A program made the position numbers and the translations under genes. Positions 8,626-17,515 of a stretch of 64,000 nt of DNA are shown here, in pieces. Source of the stretch: a virus; the IMG/VR virus record IMGVR_UViG_3300005965_000004, positions 1-64,000 of that record; one strand, 5' to 3'. A model generated the notes under the pieces. It saw nothing but the letters and a program-made list of their open reading frames with translations. It was not told where the DNA came from and did no database searches. The stretch's first letter is position 1; every line of letters begins with the position of its first letter.

Positions 8626-9594
8626 TTATAAGTCCTCTATTGTTCCAGTTCTCCAAAAGATAGATGTCTTGTCGGGCTTAGTTCTCCAGAAAGAAAGCAA
8701 TCCTATATTCTCTGCCCAGTTATATGATTCTTTTCCATCAAAAGCTATGAATGCGTTTTCTCCATCACCAGTATCAACCAGATAGACTGTATTACCATCA
8801 TTATCAGAGTATTTATATCCTTTGTAACCTTCTGGTGAAAAGTACACACTTCTTGTAAAGAGATTTCTAAACTGATATGTAGCACCTTTCACAGCACCAC
8901 CAGTTTTACCATCTCCCCATACCTTGACAAGATTATCATATTCGTTACTGGAAATATCCAATATACCGATTTCTTTATACTCTTCTTCCTCTTCTTTAGG
9001 TGGCTCCTCTTCTATCTTCTCAATAGATTTAGATATCTTTCTGAATTCTTCAGATGGAGATTCTGGTCTTGATCTTGTTCCGATCTTCTTACTTTCTGCG
9101 GCGTCTGCTGATATTTGTTGAATTGTTGTTCCGAGGTTTGTTCTAAGGAAATCATTGCCTTTGCTATTTGTTGCTATATATCTTCTTATTATTCCATTAT
9201 TATCTTCTGTAGTAACAAATGCTATTCTTGATCCGTTACTCAATTCGTAAACTATGCCAGCAATAGGCATTCCGTCTAAAATATCAAGTCCACTATCAAC
9301 TTCTCCTTCGTAAACGTTCTTTACGTAGATTCCACTTGGCTTGGCTTTCTTTACATTGGTTTTTCTTTTGGTCCTTGGTTTACTTGAAGACTTGAAGAAA
9401 TCTACAACATCCCTTCTTATGGACTCTTTTATTTTATTGAACGAGCTTTGTGTAGTTGGTACAACAATTTTATATTTGCCTTTACCAAGGTCAATTCCAA
9501 CCTTTCTCTTTTTCAAGAGATTAGATGTGAATGCTCTCTTTATATCAGAAGTTATCTTTTCTGATATGTAGTAATGTTCACTAAATGTTTGCAT
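8626..9594 (-). CDS. hypothetical protein, possible paralogue of 7411-8619
   Basis: 322-aa ORF; shares the Y.LSNG..IA........RY......G..F segment with the neighbouring gene. Confidence 0.65.
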   Translation of the reverse strand: MQTFSEHYYISEKITSDIKRAFTSNLLKKRKVGIDLGKGKYKIVVPTTQSSFNKIKESIRRDVVDFFKSSSKPRTKRKTNVKKAKPSGIYVKNVYEGEVDSGLDILDGMPIAGIVYELSNGSRIAFVTTEDNNGIIRRYIATNSKGNDFLRTNLGTTIQQISADAAESKKIGTRSRPESPSEEFRKISKSIEKIEEEPPKEEEEEYKEIGILDISSNEYDNLVKVWGDGKTGGAVKGATYQFRNLFTRSVYFSPEGYKGYKYSDNDGNTVYLVDTGDGENAFIAFDGKESYNWAENIGLLSFWRTKPDKTSIFWRTGTIEDL

Positions 9595-9631
9595 CTCTCT
9601 TCCTTATTGAATGATTAGGAAATTTAATCCA

Positions 9632-10273
9632 CTAATCCTGCTTTAGTTCTACGTTCCAATATATGTAATCTGCCCACTTCTTATTATTTATAACTCTTGA
9701 CATTCCTTTCATTCTGTTGAGGATTCCAGAGTTGAAATCATTAGCTATAAGTGGTGCGTATGGTTTATGAATAAGCTTCATTCCTGCTTCACTTGGAGTC
9801 TTGTTGTCCTTCTTGGCGTTACATTGTAGGCAGCAACAAACAATGTTTTGCCAAACAGTCTTTCCACCGCGAGACTTAGGAATAACGTGGTCAAATGTAA
9901 AACTGTTTCTTGAAACTGGTTTTTCGCAGTACATACACTTACCACCATCTCTGTAGTAAACATTCTGTCTGGTAAAAGCTTCAAAGAACCTAATTTGCTT
10001 CTTTGGATTTACAAAATCAAGAAGTCTGATAACAGCAGGCATTTCAATTGCGGTTTTCCAGGACTCAAGCTTTTCATCGTAGATTGAGCGAACGAATGTA
10101 TCATTGACACCAAATTCTGGTTTCTCAAAACGATTACCAGTATGAAGAATTCTGTCCTCATATGTGTCAAGGATTTCTACCTTCTTCTTTGTCCACAAAT
10201 CTACTGCTTCTTCCCAGTCGATAATGCCAACTGGCATGTAAGCTGAGTTTAGCTTTAAAACTTCTCCTGCCAT
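9632..10273 (-). CDS. HNH endonuclease (McrA/HNH_5 type)
   Basis: VL.LNSAY.P, PAVIRL, TRQNVY.RD...C.YC, TFDHVIPKSRGG...W.NIV.CC..CN.KK. Confidence 0.9.
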   Translation of the reverse strand: MAGEVLKLNSAYMPVGIIDWEEAVDLWTKKKVEILDTYEDRILHTGNRFEKPEFGVNDTFVRSIYDEKLESWKTAIEMPAVIRLLDFVNPKKQIRFFEAFTRQNVYYRDGGKCMYCEKPVSRNSFTFDHVIPKSRGGKTVWQNIVCCCLQCNAKKDNKTPSEAGMKLIHKPYAPLIANDFNSGILNRMKGMSRVINNKKWADYIYWNVELKQD

Positions 10274-10288
10274 ATTTGGGCTCCTTTC

Positions 10289-11686
10289 TTATAAAAACAT
10301 TTTTCTGAACTCTTTAAAGTCCACATTTTCACCCAACGAAAACTTAAGCTTAGGATTTATGTTTACTCCTAACTCTGACAAAAAGTCTCTACACAACAAA
10401 ACAGGAGATAATTGTCCTGGTCTGTCGTCAAGTGTAAACAATATATTTTTATGCAAAGCTCCGTTAAATTCCACATCAAATTTTACAGTTGGTCTTTTCT
10501 CGGTGTAATCTCTTATAGCACCAACATTAACGTCAACCAAACCTTGCAATTTCTTTACGACCTTTTTTCCTTCGGTTCTGAAAGAAACTATATCATCAAT
10601 TATTTTGATGTCTTTAGCATCAAGCACATTATACATTCCGTTTCCTGTATCTGCCTTTGCGTCAACCTTTATTCCTATTTCGGGAAATGTCATTTTTTCT
10701 AAGTATCCTATTTCCTTACATTGTTTCTTCCAATTGTTTTTATCAGAAACATAGTCCATAAGCTTTTCTATGACATTTATACCGGTTGCTTTCTCCATTC
10801 CTTTACTTCCTGGAGAAACGTTGACCTCTATTACTAAAGGTTTTCCGTTGACAACCATATGGTCAACCCCACAAAAGAAAGCTCCACAAATCTTAGCAGA
10901 ATCCAATACAACCTTTTCCTCTTCCTTTGAAAGAGAATATGACTCTACATTTCCACCAAGTGAGTAGTTGCTTCTAAAATCTCCATCAATTTTACTTCTC
11001 TTCATAGATGAAATTATCTTTCCATCCAACACAATCGTTCTGACATCAAAGTCACAGTCAAGGAACTCCTGAAGTAAAAGTTGTGCTCTATGCTTCCAAA
11101 GAGATTGTAGAACACCAACTAGACTTTCCTTGGAGTCTATTCTACTAACTCCAATACCAGCGCTTCCTCTTAGTGTTTTTACTATTACTGGAAACTGACC
11201 ACCTATCCTTCTTAGAGCTTCTTCTATTTCTTTAGAGTTTGAAACTAGACTAGTTTTCGGAACAGGAACACCACCAACCTTGAGTTTAACAGTCGTATTG
11301 TATTTGTTAGCACAAAGAGATATTGAGTCTTTGCTGTTTATAACAAATACACCCTTCGACTCAAGATATGTCAAAAAGGAAGAAATAGAATTATCGTGAA
11401 TTACTGAACCCCTAATAACAACTATTGTATTCTCTGGTTCCAACTCAATCACACTCTTATTCTTGACATCCCTGATTATTATATTAGGGCTTTCCTGGTC
11501 AAAGTCAGAAACATATGAAGAACCAGGTATCAAAATAGGATAAAATGGAAATCCTCTTCGTTCACAAGCATTCTTGAGTTTTTTGGCAGAAGGATATAGT
11601 CCTTCTCTGTCCTTAGGATTTCTCTCCGTCAATGCTATGATATTGATACTTTTATCATTTTTTTTATCTATGTAATCATTTAGCAC
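10289..11686 (-). CDS. RimK-family ATP-grasp ligase fused to a C-terminal putative protease domain
   Basis: NK......L...GVPVPKT, FPVIVKTL.GS.GIGV, LLQEF, DFRSN.SLGG, GVD, EVN.SPG; C-terminal AK.DTG, RP.V, F.L.DR, VLL.R.FL. Confidence 0.88.
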   Translation of the reverse strand: MLNDYIDKKNDKSINIIALTERNPKDREGLYPSAKKLKNACERRGFPFYPILIPGSSYVSDFDQESPNIIIRDVKNKSVIELEPENTIVVIRGSVIHDNSISSFLTYLESKGVFVINSKDSISLCANKYNTTVKLKVGGVPVPKTSLVSNSKEIEEALRRIGGQFPVIVKTLRGSAGIGVSRIDSKESLVGVLQSLWKHRAQLLLQEFLDCDFDVRTIVLDGKIISSMKRSKIDGDFRSNYSLGGNVESYSLSKEEEKVVLDSAKICGAFFCGVDHMVVNGKPLVIEVNVSPGSKGMEKATGINVIEKLMDYVSDKNNWKKQCKEIGYLEKMTFPEIGIKVDAKADTGNGMYNVLDAKDIKIIDDIVSFRTEGKKVVKKLQGLVDVNVGAIRDYTEKRPTVKFDVEFNGALHKNILFTLDDRPGQLSPVLLCRDFLSELGVNINPKLKFSLGENVDFKEFRKMFL

Positions 11687-11728
11687 TTCTATTGTTCCTT
11701 ATAATTATAAAATAACTATTTATCATAT

Positions 11729-12121
11729 TTATTTATATTTTTTGTTCCAATCCCTAATTCTATCCATCAAGTCAGAGTAATTGATTGAAGACCTCCAACC
11801 CTTCTCAAGGTTGTTATTATAGGGCATTAGTTTACAATTTGCGGGATGTCTAATAATACCAGGAGGAATATCTCTTTTCCAACCATAGCTTATAGATAGC
11901 ATATGATCACGAGAAAATCCATTAGGATTATCATTATTATACCAACCAAACTCTTCAATCAATTTTAGGTCAAATTCTTTAGGATAATCTTCAAGATTGA
12001 ACCTAAATCTACACATTCGACTATAATCTTTATATGTTAGTTTACTAGTTCTCTTTCTTCTTGGTATCTTTTGCCTTGAGAATTTTCTTTTCTTCAAATT
12101 CAACTTCCTTATGGAAGTCAA
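11729..12121 (-). CDS. HNH-like nuclease domain protein
   Basis: SRDHM.SI..G.....P..I.HPANC.L.....N..K. Confidence 0.6.
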   Translation of the reverse strand: MTSIRKLNLKKRKFSRQKIPRRKRTSKLTYKDYSRMCRFRFNLEDYPKEFDLKLIEEFGWYNNDNPNGFSRDHMLSISYGWKRDIPPGIIRHPANCKLMPYNNNLEKGWRSSINYSDLMDRIRDWNKKYK

Positions 12122-12137
12122 CTTACTTTCATCTCAA

Positions 12138-13083
12138 TTAGAACTCAATGAACTCAGTTATAACCCCATTCTCATCCTCAATCTTGTTATCAGATACAGC
12201 ATAACTGTTAATCCTCTTCCTAGATTTTTCAACATATTCTTCGTTGATTTCAAGTCCTATAAAGTTCCTCCTTGTTCTCTTTGCCTGAATTGCTGTTGTT
12301 CCTGATCCAGAGAAAGGATCAAGTATAACATCACCTTCGTTAGACCAGCTCATTATATGTCCATACGCAAGTTCTGAAGGAAACACAGCAGGATGCCAAT
12401 TCCATTCTGTTATATCTCCACCGGCAGATTGCTCAAGGTTAACTTCCCATACATTGTATCTTATTCCAAACTCACCAAGAGAGTACTTGAAAGAGTCACA
12501 TACGACAAGCTTATCATCTGTCTCTCTCTTGTTCTTCACCTTTGCCCATCGCTTCTTTGGATCAAATCCTTTGTTCTTTCTGTCCTTGATGAGATTTATT
12601 GTCTTGGGCTTTCCCTTTGACATAACGAACATATACTCAAAACATTGGTGGTACCTTAGAGCATCTGGAAACCTTACGCCTGGTTTCTTGTATATCATTG
12701 TATCATGAATGTTGAATCCAATTTCCTGAAAGTAAAGTGCTTGTCTAAATGAATTTCCTGTTTCTGTTGAACCACCATCTAATCCGTCAACGGTTTGGTC
12801 ATTCACAACCCAAACAACAACTCCACCCATTTTAGTTACTCTGAATAACTGTTGAGCAAGCTCTTCAAAAGGAAACGAGTAATTTCCAATCAGTTTTTGT
12901 TTTGTATTGAGTTTTTTGTTGTAGTTTCTTATACCATCGTAACTAATAAGGCGGAGAAGTTACTGTCAAATCAATACAATTTTCTGGAAATGTCTTTAAT
13001 GTCTCGACATTACTTCCAAGGATGATTGTATTGAGTTTATCAGTAAAATCTCCGCCTGTTTTGGCAGACTCCTTTTTACTCAT
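12138..13083 (-). CDS. N4/N6 DNA methyltransferase (beta type) interrupted by a 7-nt stop-containing element at 12939-12945
   Basis: 13083-12946 encodes ...CIDLTVTSPPY then TAG; 12938-12138 continues in another frame as DGIRNY...HPAVFP...ILDPFSGSGTT...IGLEINEEY. Confidence 0.85.
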
Positions 13084-13399
13084 ATAAACTCCTTCTTCTT
13101 AAATAGATTTGGTAAAATATTTCAAACTTATCTTTTTTCTTTCTAATGATATATTACAATCTTATAACCTAAAAATTCTCCAATTTTCAAAATATCGTCA
13201 TATCTATAAGAGCTTAACTCATAAATATTACATTCTATTCTCTTTCTTATTTTAACATTTATTTTGTTCTTTGTCAACATTTTCTTCATGTTTAAAGAAG
13301 TGAACTAACTGTTTTCCATCCATCAATCTTATTCCTGTACCTTTGTCTACCTTGGTGTATTTTTTACCATCAACCCGAAATTCCTCACCAAGTCCGATC

Positions 13400-13762
13400 T
13401 TATCGAATGTTGTAGTCATTTGGTCCTCCTGTTAGTTCTGGAACACTGACGTTAAGATTGTCTTCAAACCATCTTGCTACTATTCTTCTATGACAAAACT
13501 TATCAGGTGCTTCCCAACATAGCAAAAGAGAATACCTACCCAGCTCCTCAAAAACTTCTTCAGGGTCAAGAGTGGCTAGAATATCACAAGCATATCTCTC
13601 AGTATACTCGTGTACGTTTTTTGTTCTTTTGTATTCTGAATATATTTGCCAGGTTGGTGCTAGTGGTAGATATTCTCTACCTCTATAGAAGTCTGGTGGT
13701 TTTGCCGCTATAGAAACAGCATTTGGAAGATTACTGGATATTGCAAAGTATGACGTTTGCAT
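13400..13762 (-). CDS. DUF488-like protein
   Basis: TSYFA, LAPTW, LLCWE.P.KFCHRRIVA.W. Confidence 0.75.
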   Translation of the reverse strand: MQTSYFAISSNLPNAVSIAAKPPDFYRGREYLPLAPTWQIYSEYKRTKNVHEYTERYACDILATLDPEEVFEELGRYSLLLCWEAPDKFCHRRIVARWFEDNLNVSVPELTGGPNDYNIR

Positions 13763-13784
13763 TCAACCTCTTTTTGTTGTGAAT

Positions 13785-13871
13785 TGGCGGGGGTGAGGGA
13801 CTTGAACCCCCAAGCCGGTTTCCCGACGGTAGCTTTCCAAGCTACTGGCTTACCAATTAGCCATAACCGCC
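13785..13871 (-). tRNA. tRNA-Ser(GGA)
   Basis: GTAGC-TTGGAAA-GCTAC anticodon arm, long variable arm, GTTCAAGTC, CCA. Confidence 0.85.
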
Positions 13872-13904
13872 CATTTGAAAGTATTTATAATCAGTCAATA
13901 TGCT

Positions 13905-14189
13905 TCATGCGGCACCTCTCAAATCATCCAAAAGTTCAAACTCTGATGCGACGAACTCATGGTCCTTCAACTCTTGTAATGTAAGCGGATCAAACCCTTC
14001 TCTTCTTGGGTTTCCACACATACTACAACTACATCTTTTTGTGGTGTTTCCTAATATTCTGGAGTTTATATACATCCATTCATCTTTGTTTCCATTTGTC
14101 CAGTACCAACCTTCTTGTAGTCCTTTTGCTCTTCTGTAACCTTTTGTCTTCTCGATCACTCTACGTTCGTATTTGTTACTTGGATGCAT
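13905..14189 (-). CDS. small conserved phage protein with CSCxMCGNPR motif
   Basis: MHPSNKYERR...CSCSMCGNPRR...LTLQE; the upstream ORF extension lies over tRNA genes. Confidence 0.65.
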   Translation of the reverse strand: MHPSNKYERRVIEKTKGYRRAKGLQEGWYWTNGNKDEWMYINSRILGNTTKRCSCSMCGNPRREGFDPLTLQELKDHEFVASEFELLDDLRGAA

Positions 14190-14207
14190 ACAAACTCCTC
14201 TGAAATT

Positions 14208-14295
14208 TGGTACCCCAGGCAGGACTCCAACCTGCACATCCTCTATGGGATAGTTGGGCTTAAACCAACCGTGTCTTGCATTCCACCACTGGGGC
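14208..14295 (-). tRNA. tRNA-Leu(TAA)
   Basis: GTTGG-TTTAAGC-CCAAC; long variable arm; T-loop TTGGAGT. Confidence 0.85.
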
Positions 14296-14300
14296 AAATT

Positions 14301-14386
14301 TGGTACCGAAGGAGGGATTTGAACCCTCAATCCACGAAGGCAACAGGTTTTGAATCTGTCGTGTATTCCAATTCCACCACTTCGGC
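14301..14386 (-). tRNA. tRNA-Leu(CAA)
   Basis: canonical type II cloverleaf with CCA. Confidence 0.9.
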
Positions 14387-14395
14387 ATATGGTTT

Positions 14396-14527
14396 TTAAA
14401 ACGTTTTATTTTCCAAGTCTTCTTCCTGGACCTCTTCTTGGTGGTACTGAAGAATTTGTACAATTTCCACGACCTCCCCAGTTCTAGCTCCACGCCCTTC
14501 TGGTCCCGTTCCATCTCTGTTAGGCAT
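14396..14527 (-). pseudogene. DUF5320-like small Gly-rich protein, apparently frameshifted
   Basis: MPNRDGTGPEGRGARTG then GRGNC continues in another frame. Confidence 0.5.
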
Positions 14528-14560
14528 AATACAATCCTTTTGGTTTTGCAAAAAATATAT

Positions 14561-14651
14561 TGGCGGAGGCTAGAGGGATCGAACCTCTAAGGCATTTCTG
14601 CTCGCCGGTTTTCAAGACCGATTCCGTCGCCATCCATCGGATTGAGCCTCC
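14561..14651 (-). tRNA. tRNA-Ser(TGA)
   Basis: TCGGT-CTTGAAA-ACCGG; long variable arm; GCCA end. Confidence 0.9.
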
Positions 14652-14660
14652 AAAATTTTA

Positions 14661-14963
14661 TTACTTTTCCTCAACTGCGTAAATATCGTTGTCAGTCAAA
14701 ACGATTTGTGTTGGGTTTCCTGCGTCATCAAACTCAACACCCATGCCACTGTTCTTCAAAAACAAAACTGTCTGTCCAACTTCTACGTCCATTGGAATTC
14801 TTGTTGCGTTCTGATAATGGCCCTTTCCAACAGACAATACCTTACCCTTGTAATAAGGTGTTGGCTTATTTGGAACGAAAAGACCCGACTTTGTAATCTT
14901 TTCTTCATTGTCTTCAATAAGTTCAACGATCAATTTGTTGTACAACGGTGTCAACATAAGCAT
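14661..14963 (-). CDS. groES: co-chaperonin GroES
   Basis: LTPL..KLIV, T.SGL.VP, G.VLSVG.G, PMDVEVG..VLF. Confidence 0.9.
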   Translation of the reverse strand: MLMLTPLYNKLIVELIEDNEEKITKSGLFVPNKPTPYYKGKVLSVGKGHYQNATRIPMDVEVGQTVLFLKNSGMGVEFDDAGNPTQIVLTDNDIYAVEEK

Positions 14964-15117
14964 ACTCCTTTACTTAGATTCAACATACTCTCTGACTTTG
15001 GTTTTCTCTTTCCAAGAAAGACCCTTCCACGAATTCTTCAATTCTTTGTATTTATTCTCATCACCATCTGAAGCTTTTCTGAGAAGCTTTACTGCTTTCC
15101 CTCTCATAGAATCCTCC

Positions 15118-15327
15118 TTATAAACTGTTCAAGACTTTTCTTGTTATTTCAAAATCATTCTTTATTTTAGAAAGCCTGTCTCTGAAATATTCCAAAACTT
15201 CTATCTTAGAGCTTTCTGATTTCTCATATTTACTTATTAAAGAATCATTAGCTATTATTTCACTTTCAATCTGTTCAACATAAAGCTCTAATCTCTCTCT
15301 GAGTGATGCTTCGTATACTCTTTTCAT
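15118..15327 (-). CDS. small hypothetical protein
   Basis: ORF from MKRVYEA; upstream extension overlaps a tRNA. Confidence 0.5.
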   Translation of the reverse strand: MKRVYEASLRERLELYVEQIESEIIANDSLISKYEKSESSKIEVLEYFRDRLSKIKNDFEITRKVLNSL

Positions 15328-15345
15328 ATAACTCTTAGTTAAAAT

Positions 15346-15424
15346 TGGTGAGGTAGACAGGATTTGAACCTGCGATATTCTGATTGGCAATCAGACCCAG
15401 TTGACCAGGCTGTGGCACTACCTC
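15346..15424 (-). tRNA. tRNA-Gly(GCC), atypical D arm
   Basis: TCTGA-TTGCCAA-TCAGA; GAGGTAG/CTACCTC acceptor, A discriminator. Confidence 0.7.
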
Positions 15425-15440
15425 ATTTTTCATCATTAAA

Positions 15441-15515
15441 TGGTGCCCGTTGGTGGAATTGAACCACCGACCTCTTGTACGTCAAACAAGCATTCTTCCA
15501 CTGAACTAAACGGGC
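15441..15515 (-). tRNA. tRNA-Val(GAC)
   Basis: canonical cloverleaf. Confidence 0.9.
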
Positions 15516-15518
15516 ATA

Positions 15519-15776
15519 TTATATTCTATCATTTTTGTTTATCTTTGTCAATAGATTTTTAAATTCTGGTTTATGTGGAAGCATACAACCAGAACAGTCT
15601 TTTACAACTTCCATCATCGTTCTCATGTATTTAGGCTTTCCACCGAAATTTTCACAATCTCTGTCATACAAAGGACATTTACAAAACTCACAACTAAACC
15701 TCACACAAGGATTGTCATGGCAAGGGTAAAACTCACAGCAATTTGCCATAGAAAATAACTCCTTATTCATTTTCAA
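15519..15776 (-). CDS. cysteine-rich small domain protein
   Basis: CEFYPCH, C.FC.CPLY..C..GG, KDCS.C.LPH. Confidence 0.8.
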   Translation of the reverse strand: MKMNKELFSMANCCEFYPCHDNPCVRFSCEFCKCPLYDRDCENFGGKPKYMRTMMEVVKDCSGCMLPHKPEFKNLLTKINKNDRI

Positions 15777-15788
15777 TTATTTATAAAA

Positions 15789-15887
15789 CAGGATAGATAG
15801 TGTGCCGTCCACACGGCATCTTCCCCATAATGGCGGGGAAGATAGGAGTCGAATCTATTTTTGTTTGTTTTGCAGAAGCTATCCTTC
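15789..15887 (-). ncRNA. stem-motif RNA copy 4 with permuted tRNA-like domain
   Basis: GAAGGATAGC-TTCTGCAA...T-loop TTCGACT, CTTCCCC-GCCA-TTAT-GGGGAAG closed acceptor stem, TGCCG-TGTGGA-CGGCA D-like arm...CTATCCTG. Confidence 0.75.
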
Positions 15888-15903
15888 ATTTACAAATAGA
15901 AAT

Positions 15904-15987
15904 TGGTAGGGGTGGTGGGATTTGAACCCACGTTTTCAACGTACCGCTACAGTTATACTGCTTATAAGACAGCACTGGTACACCCCT
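15904..15987 (-). tRNA. atypical tRNA with TAT anticodon (D arm absent or relocated)
   Basis: AGGGGTG acceptor, only 7 nt before the GCTGT-CTTATAA-GCAGT arm, long extra segment, normal T arm and CCA. Confidence 0.65.
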
Positions 15988-15993
15988 ATATGT

Positions 15994-16294
15994 GAAGATT
16001 GTTCCTGTACCCGGGATTCTGTCATTGAAGACGTACATTTATCTAATGCCACTAACCCGACTATCACTGAGTTGCTCACCCTCTAAGTCTGTTTGTGTCG
16101 CTACCTAGGTAGTGAAAATGACTGTTCAGTTCACTCCAGACTTCTTCGAGAGGTCTGTGTCAGGATTTGAACCTGTTACCAACACCCGCCATACTGATTT
16201 GTTTTTTAGGTGCAGTCTCCTACCGTGAGCAAAGTAGTCCCGAAGTTCCTCCCCTGGCTACAAGAGCCTCAGGCGTACGTCCAGAACAATCTTC
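15994..16294 (-). ncRNA. rnpB: RNase P RNA (compact, phage-encoded)
   Basis: P1 GAAGATTGTTC/GAACAATCTTC; GAGGAACTTCGGG (CR-I) pairs with ACAGAATCCCGGGTA (CR-V, P4); TAGATAAATG (CR-IV). Confidence 0.85.
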
Positions 16295-16303
16295 AAAGAA
16301 CAT

Positions 16304-16388
16304 TGGTAGCGGGGGTTGGATTTGAACCAACGTTTCGCAATCGCGACTTGGTTATGAGCCAAGTGAGTAGCCACTACTCTACCCCGCA
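16304..16388 (-). tRNA. tRNA-Met(CAT) with long variable arm
   Basis: CTTGG-CTCATAA-CCAAG; 1:72 mismatch; TCGC-GATT-GCGA extra arm. Confidence 0.8.
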
Positions 16389-16395
16389 GTAAATT

Positions 16396-16471
16396 TGGTA
16401 CCCCTACAAGGAATCGAACCTTGACCTTCAGGTTTAGGAAACCTGTGCGCTTTCCATTATACCATAGGGGT
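16396..16471 (-). tRNA. tRNA-Arg(CCT)
   Basis: CAGGT-TTCCTAA-ACCTG. Confidence 0.88.
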
Positions 16472-16478
16472 ATAAAAT

Positions 16479-16553
16479 TGGCTGGGGTGGAAGGGTTCGA
16501 ACCTCCGACTTCCTGGTTCAGAGCCAGGCGTTCTTCCACTGAACTACACCCCA
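16479..16553 (-). tRNA. tRNA-Gln(CTG)
   Basis: canonical cloverleaf. Confidence 0.92.
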
Positions 16554-16557
16554 ATAA

Positions 16558-16634
16558 TGGCACGCCTGGCAGGACTCAAACCTGCAACACTTCGCTTAGA
16601 AGGCGAATTTTCTATTCAATTGAAATACAGGCGC
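16558..16634 (-). tRNA. tRNA-Arg(TCT)
   Basis: TTCGC-CTTCTAA-GCGAA; T-loop TTTGAGT. Confidence 0.88.
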
Positions 16635-16643
16635 TTAAAATTT

Positions 16644-16718
16644 TGGTACTCCTACGGGGAGTCGAACCCCGGTTACATGGCTGAGAACCACGCGTCCTAA
16701 CCACTAGACGATAGGAGC
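16644..16718 (-). tRNA. tRNA-Glu(CTC)
   Basis: canonical cloverleaf. Confidence 0.92.
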
Positions 16719-16897
16719 AAAAAATTACTTTTCGACCTTTGGAACAATTCTTCCTTCAAACTTATCTCCGTCAAGTACTCCATGAAATATAGGAATATCG
16801 CTACCTATTTTTCTTGCTTCATCTCTTGCTTGGTTCAATCTCTCAAAAGGTCCTACGTATTTATTATCGTTCACTACAAAAAAACCCTGTTTTGTAC

Positions 16898-17086
16898 TCA
16901 TGTCAATGCTCCATTTCCGAAACCACATTCATCATCATGTTCTCTTACTAATTCTTCGATCCATTTGTCCCTCAAAGTATTTCTACAATTCCAACAATAA
17001 GGTAAAGCTTTATGGAATACAAAATGTACATTGACTTTACCAGGAACGAATTCTCCACATTCAACACATTTTACAAAGTACTTCAT
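16898..17086 (-). CDS. small zinc-finger protein
   Basis: CxxC...CxxC in a 62-aa ORF between tRNA blocks. Confidence 0.55.
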   Translation of the reverse strand: MKYFVKCVECGEFVPGKVNVHFVFHKALPYCWNCRNTLRDKWIEELVREHDDECGFGNGALT

Positions 17087-17324
17087 TCGATGTTTTCCTT
17101 GTCAATCTCTTCATTATACTTACGTATATATCTCATTAGGAAAATAGCCTTGTCATCTCTCTTGAAAGTAGCATTTCCAATTTCCTTCTTGTCATGAATG
17201 GGTACAGGAAACCATTATCAGTCTTGTACCACATTTCACCATCTCTGTAATATTCAAAATGTACTTCCTGATCCTTAACAAGGTCTATCATTTTTATAAT
17301 GGACTTCTTCGATATTAATTATAA

Positions 17325-17400
17325 TGGCGGGACCGACGAGATTTGAACTCGCATTTTCCACATTGACAGTGTGGTGCTCTACCAGTTGAGCTACAGCCCC
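17325..17400 (-). tRNA. tRNA-Asp(GTC)
   Basis: canonical cloverleaf. Confidence 0.92.
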
Positions 17401-17409
17401 GAAAAATTG

Positions 17410-17510
17410 TGGACGATGTGTGACGACTTGGCATCACTGACACAAACACGCCTTTGTGTCCCATCTCAATATCAGTGTTATGTGCGTGACAACTGATATT
17501 ACATCGACCA
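17410..17510 (-). ncRNA. unknown four-way-junction RNA
   Basis: closing stem TGGTCGATGT/ACATCGTCCA plus three internal hairpins. Confidence 0.55.
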
Positions 17511-17515
17511 ATAAA

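Noticed and set aside
12943-12945. TAG reassignment (alternative genetic code) or suppressor readthrough to explain the internal stops
   Set aside because: Both continuations are out of frame by one base, many conserved genes end normally in TAG, long ORFs are intact in the standard code, and no CTA-anticodon tRNA is present
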